DNA of 37,189 bases from an uncultured Bacilli bacterium (lineage in GTDB: Bacteria > Bacillota_I > Bacilli_A > RF39 > UBA660): the NCBI GenBank assembly GCA_947624475.1, contig CANQKK010000001.1, positions 1-37,189 on the forward strand, in the 5' to 3' direction. Position numbers and translations under genes: made by a program. Below are positions 26,809 to 34,801 of the stretch, piece by piece. The first letter of the stretch is position 1. Each line of letters begins with the position of its first letter. Below the pieces are notes generated by a model. The model had not been told where the DNA came from. It searched no databases and worked only from the letters and a program-made list of their open reading frames with translations.

Positions 26809-27279
26809 TGTTAATATCTAATATAGCCCAATATTTAGACTTATCACTTGATAATGTTAAAATAAAATGGGCGTTTTCCTACAAAATTATTTTAGCTATA
26901 TACAAGCAAATTTTGACATTATCACATATCTTGATTATATCTTAAGGTGTTTGTTCATAGGGGATTATTTGGTCTTACTTGGATATATTTATACACTTTA
27001 GTACACTAAAGATATGAGCATATTACAGCATCTTCTTTATTACAATTTTTTAAAGCACAGTAATATATATTTTGTAACAATATATCATATATAGCATTAG
27101 TTTTATCACTTTTAACTTATACAGTTTACTTTTGCTATATTGGTTAGTAATTTTTTATTATTATGATTTTATTGTAAATGATAAGGGTTGTTTTTTTATA
27201 ATAAAATAAGATTTTTTATAGTAAATTTTTGACTAAAGTGATATAATTGTTATTGTGGAAGTATGGGAAGTGAAGAAGG

Positions 27280-28662
27280 ATGAAAAAGCTTAAATCTTTA
27301 TTTTTAATTTTAATAGTGATTACTTTTTTACTACTTATATATTCTGTACTGTTTCCGAATATGGTACTAGAAAATGATACGATTTACTATAACAAAGAAT
27401 ATAGTATAAAGATTAAAGCTTATAATTTATTTACTGACTTAACAGATAAAGTACATTTTACTGATAATGTTGATGCTAGTAAAATTGGTAAATATACGGT
27501 GACAGGAAAAATTAAATATTTGTTTTTTAATAGAAAGAAGAATTTTACAGTATCTGTTGTCGATAATGAAAAACCTTTAATTTCTTTGAGAGGTGGAAAT
27601 AAAACAAGTGTTTGTCCCGGTAAAAAATATGAGGAAGAGGGATATACCGCTAGTGATAATTACGATAAAGATATAACTGATAAGGTAAAAGTTTCATATA
27701 ATGATGACAATGTTTTATATGAGGTTAACGATAGTTCGGGTAATTATTATAAGGTTGTTAGAAAACTTATATTTGAAGATAAAGAAAAGCCTACGATAAA
27801 ACTTAATGGTGACAAAGAGATGTATATCTATGTTGGTGGTTACTTTGAAGATCCATCTTATACTGCTACTGATAACTGTGACGGTGATATTACTAGTAAA
27901 GTGATAACAAGTGGCAATGTCGATACAAGTACGGTAGGCACTTATACGATAAAATATGAAGTTACTGACGAAAAAGGAAATAAGAGTGAAGAGACGAGAG
28001 ATGTTAAAGTTATTACGAGACCTAGTAGTAGTTATTATGGAAATGGTGTTATATATTTAACATTCGATGATGGCCCTAGTAACTTAACAGGACAAATTAT
28101 TAATATTTTAGAGGAAGAGGGAGTTAAGGCTACATTCTTTGTTACAGGAGCTGATGTTAATACGAAGAGAGCTTATGATTTGGGGCATGCTATTGCACTG
28201 CATAGTTATACTCATGATTATAGTTATATTTATGCTAGTGCTAGTAATTATTTTGAAGACTTACAAATGATTAGTGATCGAGTATATGGCGTCATAGGAA
28301 TTAGATCTAATATAATTAGGTTTCCCGGAGGAAGTTCGAACACAATAAGTAGAAATTATAGTTCTGGTATTATGACTTATCTTACTAGTGAAGTTGTAAA
28401 TAGAGGATATACTTATTTCGATTGGAATATTGATTCTAATGATGCTGGAAGTGATGTTTACAATAGTACTAATATTTACTCTAATGTTATAAATAATTTA
28501 TCACATGGTAAAACTAATGTGGTACTAATGCACGATTCTGCTAATCATACGGCCACAGTTAATGCACTTCGAGATATTATTAGATTTGGTAAGAACAATG
28601 GATACTCTTTTGATGCAATAACTAGTAATACTCCTGTAGTTAGACATGGGGTTAATAACTAA
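27280..28662 (+). CDS. Membrane-anchored polysaccharide deacetylase (NodB/CE4) with N-terminal Ig-like (DUF5011-type) repeats
   Basis: An N-terminal TM anchor is followed by three repeats of the type GYTASDNYDKDITDKV / YTATDNCDGDITSKV...GTYTIKYEVTDEKGN. The NodB motifs are TFDDGP, HSYTH and the later LMHD. Confidence 0.85.
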   Translation: MKKLKSLFLILIVITFLLLIYSVLFPNMVLENDTIYYNKEYSIKIKAYNLFTDLTDKVHFTDNVDASKIGKYTVTGKIKYLFFNRKKNFTVSVVDNEKPLISLRGGNKTSVCPGKKYEEEGYTASDNYDKDITDKVKVSYNDDNVLYEVNDSSGNYYKVVRKLIFEDKEKPTIKLNGDKEMYIYVGGYFEDPSYTATDNCDGDITSKVITSGNVDTSTVGTYTIKYEVTDEKGNKSEETRDVKVITRPSSSYYGNGVIYLTFDDGPSNLTGQIINILEEEGVKATFFVTGADVNTKRAYDLGHAIALHSYTHDYSYIYASASNYFEDLQMISDRVYGVIGIRSNIIRFPGGSSNTISRNYSSGIMTYLTSEVVNRGYTYFDWNIDSNDAGSDVYNSTNIYSNVINNLSHGKTNVVLMHDSANHTATVNALRDIIRFGKNNGYSFDAITSNTPVVRHGVNN

Positions 28663-28668
28663 CTTATT

Positions 28669-28692
28669 AAAATAGCATATTGCTATTTTTTT
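28669..28692 (+). terminator. Intrinsic terminator after the deacetylase gene
   Basis: AAAATAGCA / TGCTATTTT forms a stem with a 3-nt loop and a T-run. Confidence 0.5.
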
Positions 28693-28783
28693 GTTGTACA
28701 ATTGTTTGGTATTTTGAGTATTTTTATTTACTTAAGACAAAAGGTATGTTATACTTTTATATGAAATATGGAGGTTATAAATT

Positions 28784-29854
28784 ATGCTAGATTATATAAT
28801 TATCGGATTACTTGTCATCGTGATAATACTTGTTATTATAGCAATTAGTAAAAACTTGAATGAAGGAAAAATTACAGAGAGACTCGGTAATTTGGAGACT
28901 AATACCGTAAAAGAACTATCTAGTTTTCAAATTGATATTATGAAAACTATGAATGATAATTTTAATGGATTAAACGAAAGAATAGAAAATAAACTAGTGC
29001 AAATTAATAATAAGGTTAACGAAAGATTAGATGATAATTTTGCTAAAACAAATAAGACTTTTACTAATATACTAGAGAGATTATCTAAAATCGATGAGGC
29101 CCAAAAAAAAATAGATACTTTATCTACCGATATTGTCTCACTTCAGAGTATTCTTACAGATAAAAAAAGTAGGGGGATTTTTGGAGAAATTAATTTAAAA
29201 CATATCTTAGTTAGTATCTTTGGAGAAAAAAATGACAAAGTATACAGGCTACAATATACTTTCGGTAATAATACAATAGCAGATGCTGTTATATTTGCTC
29301 CAGAACCTTTAGGTGTTGTGGCAATTGATTCAAAGTTTCCTTTAGAAAATTACCAGAGAATGGTCGATAAAAAATTGCCTCAAGGAGAGAGAAACATAGC
29401 AGAAAAAGAATTTAAAACAGATGTTAAAAAGCATATCGACGCCATTAGCAATAAATATATTATTCCTGGAGTCACTTCGGATCAAGCGATAATGTTTTTA
29501 CCGGCTGAGGCTTTATTCGCAGAAATTAATGCCTATCATAGTGACTTAATAGAATATGCTCATAAAAAGAGGGTATGGTTATGTTCTCCGACAACTTTGA
29601 TTTCTACTTTTACTACAATTGAAGTACTTCTTAAAAATATGGAGAGAGATAAATATGCTAGCATTATTCATGATGAATTAAATAAATTAGGAATTGAATT
29701 TTCGAGATATCGTGATAGATGGGATAAATTATCTAGAAGTATCGAAACAGTTAATAAGGATATCGAAAATATTAATGTTACTACTGATAAAATATCAAAA
29801 AGATTTGATTCAATTAGTAGAGTTGAAATAGATGGTAAAAATAAAATAGAATAA
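28784..29854 (+). CDS. rmuC: DNA recombination protein RmuC
   Basis: An N-terminal TM helix and a coiled coil are followed by RmuC nuclease-domain segments (SRGIFGEINLKHIL, DAVIFAPEPLGVVAIDSKFPLENY, IMFLPAEALFAEI). Confidence 0.88.
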   Translation: MLDYIIIGLLVIVIILVIIAISKNLNEGKITERLGNLETNTVKELSSFQIDIMKTMNDNFNGLNERIENKLVQINNKVNERLDDNFAKTNKTFTNILERLSKIDEAQKKIDTLSTDIVSLQSILTDKKSRGIFGEINLKHILVSIFGEKNDKVYRLQYTFGNNTIADAVIFAPEPLGVVAIDSKFPLENYQRMVDKKLPQGERNIAEKEFKTDVKKHIDAISNKYIIPGVTSDQAIMFLPAEALFAEINAYHSDLIEYAHKKRVWLCSPTTLISTFTTIEVLLKNMERDKYASIIHDELNKLGIEFSRYRDRWDKLSRSIETVNKDIENINVTTDKISKRFDSISRVEIDGKNKIE

Positions 29855-29907
29855 TAAAAACTCTTAATAATATCTTTTTATTAGAATAAATTTTAATGAG
29901 GGGTATT

Positions 29908-30129
29908 ATGGTAAGAGTTTTTTTCTTTTTATTAGGATTTGGTCTTATGGTGATTGGATTTAGTTTTATTATTTTGTATTTAAATCTTACTACTATCGGG
30001 TATAATTTTAGTAATTATGTTCATTTTATTAGCAGGAGAATAGAATGTTACTATAGTATTCTTGGTTTTATTATTATGATTTTATCAATAACAATAAAAG
30101 GAGATAAAAAATATGAATTTTATTTATGA
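29908..30129 (+). CDS. Hypothetical small membrane protein (2-3 TM helices)
   Basis: A hydrophobic 73-aa ORF. The ATG at 29908 follows the SD GAGGGG. It overlaps the next ORF by 17 nt. Confidence 0.45.
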   Translation: MVRVFFFLLGFGLMVIGFSFIILYLNLTTIGYNFSNYVHFISRRIECYYSILGFIIMILSITIKGDKKYEFYL

Positions 30130-30742
30130 TATAGTTCTTAATTTTAATGATAATTATTATAGTTTTTTTGAATGGAATAAAAAGGATAATATTATTAATA
30201 TTAAAAAGATTCCGCTATTTTTAGTAGATAAGGATATTTTTTATAATATGAAATATAATAAGGTTACTGTAAGTCATGATTTTATTGAAGTTATTAAAGA
30301 GAGAACTTTTACTTATTCAAGAGTAAAGGTTGGTCCATCGTGCCTTATAAGTAATGGTAAAGAGGTTATGGGAGTTCTATTTAATGATAAGGGAAATCTA
30401 ATTAAAAGAAGTAGTCTTCTTTTAGATGAAGAGGAAGAAGTTATTGATGAAATAGTAAGTGATAAAGTATACAATATCAATATTATTAAAATGCAAAGGA
30501 AAAAGATAGATAATACAAATAGGATCGAAAAGGAAAAGAAAGAATTTTTGATAAATTTTATTAATAAAGAGACTAATATTGATACTTTGAAATATTTGTA
30601 TTATGATTACTTTGAAAAAGAAGAAGAAAATACTGAAATTATTAAAAATAAATTAATTAAAGAAATTAAAAATAATTGGAGTAGTAAATTTAATAATTTT
30701 TATGATACAGTTAAAATATTTGGAAAAATAAAATCTACTTAA
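30113..30742 (+). CDS. Hypothetical protein, 209 aa, acidic and Lys-rich, with no recognised motif
   Basis: A long ORF coupled to the upstream small membrane ORF. The SD AAAGGAGA lies 8 nt upstream. Confidence 0.5.
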   Translation: MNFIYDIVLNFNDNYYSFFEWNKKDNIINIKKIPLFLVDKDIFYNMKYNKVTVSHDFIEVIKERTFTYSRVKVGPSCLISNGKEVMGVLFNDKGNLIKRSSLLLDEEEEVIDEIVSDKVYNINIIKMQRKKIDNTNRIEKEKKEFLINFINKETNIDTLKYLYYDYFEKEEENTEIIKNKLIKEIKNNWSSKFNNFYDTVKIFGKIKST

Positions 30743-30775
30743 AAAAATAAATGGTTTACTTTAACCATCTATTTT

Positions 30776-31900
30776 TTATTTATGTTGATCCATATATGTA
30801 TCATATTTTTTCTCTAGTACTGTATCTGTGAATTTAAGACCAGCATCTTTTCTCATTTTATCTAATGAAATATAAGACATATTTGTATCATCAGCAATTT
30901 TTTTGTCAGCTAGAATTTGGATTACATCTTCTTTTACGTCTTCAAGAGATGGTTTCTCTTTCTGATCTATTCTGTAAATTATGTGATATCCATAAGAAGT
31001 TTCTACTGGTGTCTTACTATAACTGTTGTCAGACAACTTCTGCATTTCTTCCATGTATGCTGACTCTAGACTAGCGTTATATGATTTATATCCTAATTCT
31101 TCATAAGTTGTAGAATCTTTGTATTCTTCTTTTACCTCATCAAAGGTCTTTCCATCATTTAATTTTGAAATTATTTCTTCTGCTAATTTCTTGGCCTTTT
31201 CCTTTTCTTCATCGGTTGCAGACTCTTCTACTCTGACAAGAATATGTTTAGTGTTGATATCACCAAATACACTATCTTTATAGTATTTATCTATTTCATT
31301 ATCAGTGATTAAACTTTTAGCGTAATCTTCAGTATATTTGTTTCTGCGGTAATCTAATCTTAAATATTCAAGAAATGCTGCCTCACTTCCAAATCCATTA
31401 TTTTTAAGGAAGTCTTCTTTACTTGTTCCATAATATTGTTCATAAACATTGTAATAATTTTCAGCTTCACTTTTTAATTCGTCGTTCATTTCATCTGTTT
31501 CAGGATATTTTTTTTCAAGAATTTTATTATCTATTTTTTCAAGTAGAGAACTTATAGAATAAACTTCTTTCATATCAGTATATAAGTCATCAGCAGTTAC
31601 TGTTAATCCATCTATCTTTGCGACGGGCTGAGTTCCATCTTTTAGAGTAGCAATTCTATCTGGCCAAATAAGAATAACTACTAGAACAGTCGTTAAAACT
31701 CCCCCAATAACACCATAGATCGCTAATCTATATTGGTCGAACCATTCAAAAAATTTAGATACATTTGGATTTTTGTGAACTGTTTTTTTATCTGATTTTT
31801 TGTTTTCTTTATTGTTTTTATCACTTTCTTTATTTACTTTCACATTTTTAACACTTTTTACTTCTTTTTTCTTTTCTTCTTTAATGTTTTTCTTTGGCAC
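30776..31900 (-). CDS. prsA: PrsA-like parvulin-type peptidyl-prolyl isomerase / foldase, TM-anchored
   Basis: The parvulin signatures are INTKHILV and SYGYHIIY. The SurA_N-like region follows a single TM helix (LAIYGVIGGVLTTVLVVILIW). The N-terminal tail of about 55 aa is Lys-rich and there is no lipobox. Confidence 0.75.
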   Translation of the reverse strand: MPKKNIKEEKKKEVKSVKNVKVNKESDKNNKENKKSDKKTVHKNPNVSKFFEWFDQYRLAIYGVIGGVLTTVLVVILIWPDRIATLKDGTQPVAKIDGLTVTADDLYTDMKEVYSISSLLEKIDNKILEKKYPETDEMNDELKSEAENYYNVYEQYYGTSKEDFLKNNGFGSEAAFLEYLRLDYRRNKYTEDYAKSLITDNEIDKYYKDSVFGDINTKHILVRVEESATDEEKEKAKKLAEEIISKLNDGKTFDEVKEEYKDSTTYEELGYKSYNASLESAYMEEMQKLSDNSYSKTPVETSYGYHIIYRIDQKEKPSLEDVKEDVIQILADKKIADDTNMSYISLDKMRKDAGLKFTDTVLEKKYDTYMDQHK

Positions 31901-32086
31901 TTTGATTCTCCTTTCTTATGCACATTAATATAATAACAAAAATAAAAAAAAATTACAAGTTTATTTTAAAAATATGGGAAAATTAACATAATTTTAAGGT
32001 TTTTGGCTTTTATGTAGAGCATAATCCGACACACTTTTTGAATTTTACCATAAAATAATGTGAATATAAAAAAGGAGGAATGTATA

Positions 32087-32176
32087 ATGAATAACTGTGG
32101 AACTTGCGGATCTTCTGCTGCAATTGTTTTAGTTTTATTTATTCTTTTAATAATCATACTTGGCGCTTGGATATAA
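32087..32176 (+). CDS. Tiny transmembrane peptide, YjcZ-like (29 aa)
   Basis: Hand translation gives MNNCGTCGSSAAIVLVLFILLIIILGAWI after a strong SD (AAAGGAGGA, 32071-32079). The VLFILLII core resembles the YjcZ/tiny_TM_bacill family. It falls below the ORF-track cutoff. Confidence 0.6.
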   Translation: MNNCGTCGSSAAIVLVLFILLIIILGAWI

Positions 32177-32195
32177 TATAAAGGAGGTGCATACA

Positions 32196-32297
32196 ATGTC
32201 TGGAAATAGTTCTTGTAATGGAAGTAATGGTTTCTTAATTGTAGTTGTTTTATATATCCTACTTGCTATAATAATAGGATCTGCTTTCTTATGTTAA
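32196..32297 (+). CDS. Tiny transmembrane peptide, YjcZ-like paralogue (33 aa)
   Basis: Hand translation gives MSGNSSCNGSNGFLIVVVLYILLAIIIGSAFLC after the SD AAGGAGGTG (32181-32189). It has the same architecture as the preceding peptide. Confidence 0.6.
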   Translation: MSGNSSCNGSNGFLIVVVLYILLAIIIGSAFLC

Positions 32298-32316
32298 AAA
32301 TATTCTAAGTTTAAGG

Positions 32317-32343
32317 AAACTATCTTCGGATAGTTTTTTCTTT
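32317..32343 (+). terminator. Intrinsic terminator after the tiny-peptide pair
   Basis: AAACTATC / GATAGTTT forms a stem with a TTCG loop and a T-run. Confidence 0.65.
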
Positions 32344-32397
32344 AAAAAAATATTAATTCCTATACATTATATTTTTTAGTATAAGAATTAATACTTT

Positions 32398-32754
32398 TTA
32401 TTTTAATTTGTTGTATACTTCTTCAACTGGTAATTTTTCTTCTTTATTATACTTAGGTATCAGATGTAAATGAAAATGTTTTACCTCTTGGCCTAGACCG
32501 TTGTTTTGACATAGAGATATTCCATCATAATTTAGTTTTTCTTTTAATAAGAAAGCCATTTATTTAGCTACCTTAAAAATATGTTCTAATGTCTTAGAAT
32601 CAATATCAAAAAAATCTTGATAGTGTTTTTTAGGAACAATTAGAGTATGACCGTTATGATTTGGATTTACATCGAGGAAAACTTTTACTATTTCATCTTC
32701 GTATAATGTATAAGAAGGAATTTCATTATTTATTATCTTACAAAAAATATCCAT
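32398..32754 (-). pseudogene. HIT family (Hint-like) nucleotide hydrolase interrupted by an in-frame TAA
   Basis: The N-terminal part is MDIFCKIINNEIPSYTLYEDE...NPNHNGHTLIVPKKH (32754-32563). A TAA at 32562-32560 is followed at once, in the same frame, by ATG and MAFLLKEKLNYDGISLCQNNGLGQEVKHFHLHLIPKY (32559-32398). That part carries the intact histidine triad HFHLHLI. Confidence 0.8.
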
Positions 32755-32952
32755 TTTCTCCTCCTAACAAAAGTATAGCAAAAAAAAGAAAATAAATAAA
32801 TATTTTCTTAGTGAATATCTGCGAATATTCTGATATAATTGTGTGATTTTTTTATTATTTTTATGCAAACTATTAACTTTTTTTGTTTTATTTGATATAA
32901 TTTATCTAACAAATTGGTTTCATTAAATTTTTATTTGTTGGAAAGGAGTATT

Positions 32953-33867
32953 ATGAAAAAAAATATTACTTTAGTTGTACTAGCGGCTGGAATGGGCAGT
33001 AGATTTGGAGGTTTAAAACAGATAGAGCCTGTTGGACCTAACGGAGAATTTATAATTGATTACTCAGTTTATGATGCTGTAAATGCCGGATTTAATAAGA
33101 TTATTTTTATTATAAAAAAAGAAAATTATGAAATATTTAAAGAAACTATTGGAAAAAGAGTTGAACCACATATAAAGGTAGAATATGTTTTTCAAGAAAA
33201 TAATAATATTCCTCTCGGATATGAACTTCCAAAGGACAGAGTTAAACCGTTGGGAACAGCTCATGCTTTACTTTGTCTCAAAGAATATGTGCATGAACCT
33301 TTTGCAATGATTAATGCTGATGATTTTTATGGGAAAAATTCTTTTGAATTGGCATATGATTTTTTATCTAATTTGGATAACGAGAGTAATAATTATGGAA
33401 TGGTATGTTACAAGGCTGGTAACACTCTTACAGAAAATGGAGCAGTTAAAAGGGGAATTTGTGAAAGCAATAATAATGGATATTTGAGTAAAGTTATAGA
33501 AAGTTTAGTAAAAACTGATGGTGATAAGATTATTGCTACTCCTCTCGATGGTGGTAGTTCTTTTGAGGTTTCTGAAAATACATTAGTAAATATGAATTTT
33601 CTTCTATTTACTCCGACATTGTTTAAACATTTGGAAGAATTATTTATATTGTTTTTTGTGAAAAATAAAGATAATTTACTTACTTCAGAGTTTTTAATAC
33701 CAACTGCTTTGGATAGCCTTATAAAAGACAATAAAGTTACAACAATGGTTATTATGAGTCCTGATAATTGGTATGGTGTTACTTATAAAGAAGATTTGAT
33801 AAATGTAAAAGATTCTATTACTAGATTGATAAATGAAGGAAAGTACAACTATAATTTGTGGGGTTAA
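32953..33867 (+). CDS. Sugar-phosphate nucleotidyltransferase (NTP_transferase fold)
   Basis: The N-terminal signature is LAAGMGSRFGGLKQ, with GTAHAL and NADDFYG motifs. The ATG at 32953 follows the SD GAAAGGAG. The 13-codon extension in the ORF track was rejected. Confidence 0.75.
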   Translation: MKKNITLVVLAAGMGSRFGGLKQIEPVGPNGEFIIDYSVYDAVNAGFNKIIFIIKKENYEIFKETIGKRVEPHIKVEYVFQENNNIPLGYELPKDRVKPLGTAHALLCLKEYVHEPFAMINADDFYGKNSFELAYDFLSNLDNESNNYGMVCYKAGNTLTENGAVKRGICESNNNGYLSKVIESLVKTDGDKIIATPLDGGSSFEVSENTLVNMNFLLFTPTLFKHLEELFILFFVKNKDNLLTSEFLIPTALDSLIKDNKVTTMVIMSPDNWYGVTYKEDLINVKDSITRLINEGKYNYNLWG

Positions 33868-33952
33868 TTGTGTTAAATTATGTTATTTACATATTTCTAT
33901 TTAATTTTTAGTTTTAATTTGATATACTTAGTGTATAGGAGGGATAGTTAAA

Positions 33953-34480
33953 ATGAAATACAATATTAGAGGGGATAAAATGGTGGTTACTGAGGCAATT
34001 AAAAATTATACTGAAGAAAAATTAAATAGGCTAGAGAAATATTTTAAAGACAGTGATATAACCGCTAATGTTCTAACTAAAGTCAGAGGCAATGCTCAAA
34101 TAGTGGAGGTTACAATTCCTACTAATAAATTTATTTTGCGTAGTGAAGAGGAAAATGAAGATTTGTATGCTGCAATAGATTTAGTTACCGATAAATTAGA
34201 AAGACAGATTAGAAAAAATAAAACGAGATTAAATAGAAATATTAAGGATAATATTAAGGATTTTAATTTTGACTTTATAAATGAAAAAGATGACAACGAG
34301 GAAGAAAAAATAGTCAGAAGAAAAAATATTGAAATGAAACCAATGGATGAAGAAGAGGCTATTTTGGAAATGGAACTTCTTGGACACTCTTTCTTTGTTT
34401 ATAAAGATATGGATACAAATAAGGTTTGCGTTCTTTATAAGAGAAAAGACGGAAATTATGGTTTAATTGAAGCTAAATAA
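33953..34480 (+). CDS. hpf: Ribosome hibernation promoting factor, long form
   Basis: The N-terminal RaiA/S30AE domain shows MKYNIRGDKMVVTEAIKNYTEEKLNRLEKYF and DLYAAIDLVTDKLERQIRKNK. The C-terminal dimerisation domain shows KPMDEEEAILEMELLGHSFFVY. Confidence 0.9.
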   Translation: MKYNIRGDKMVVTEAIKNYTEEKLNRLEKYFKDSDITANVLTKVRGNAQIVEVTIPTNKFILRSEEENEDLYAAIDLVTDKLERQIRKNKTRLNRNIKDNIKDFNFDFINEKDDNEEEKIVRRKNIEMKPMDEEEAILEMELLGHSFFVYKDMDTNKVCVLYKRKDGNYGLIEAK

Positions 34481-34495
34481 AACTTGGAAAATTAC

Positions 34496-34522
34496 CCAGT
34501 AACAAAGGTTACTGGTTTTTTT
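34496..34522 (+). terminator. Intrinsic terminator after hpf
   Basis: CCAGTAAC / GTTACTGG forms a stem with an AAAG loop and a T7 run. Confidence 0.75.
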
Positions 34523-34801
34523 AGCATAATTTTAAAATTATGGTAACTATTCTGACTATCAATATTAAAAAAAGTAAACTTCCAATAAATAAAGGGATTT
34601 ATGATTTTCCTATATAGAAATTAAAAAAATTATAAATATGTATTTTTCTTTTAAAATAAAGGAAAAATCAAAATTATATTAATTTTGTGTTATCTAGAGT
34701 CTGAATAGTTACAAATTATGGTAACTATTTTTAGCTTTTGTTAGTGTTTTACTAGTTTTTTTTATTAAAATATAGTAAAATACTATGTAGGAGATGATTT
34801 G

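Noticed and set aside
31966-32196. A minus-strand 76-aa ORF in the prsA / tiny-peptide spacer.
   Set aside because: It has no SD. It overlaps the strongly SD-preceded YjcZ-like ORF on the other strand, and its translation has no motif.
4641-32952. N-terminal extensions given by the ORF track (starts at 4641, 6914, 7808, 10068, 14322, 18497, 29896 and 32914, and 2297 on the minus strand).
   Set aside because: In each case an internal ATG is preceded by a clear SD and yields the family-typical N-terminus. The extensions use TTG or GTG, or run through promoter or terminator sequence.
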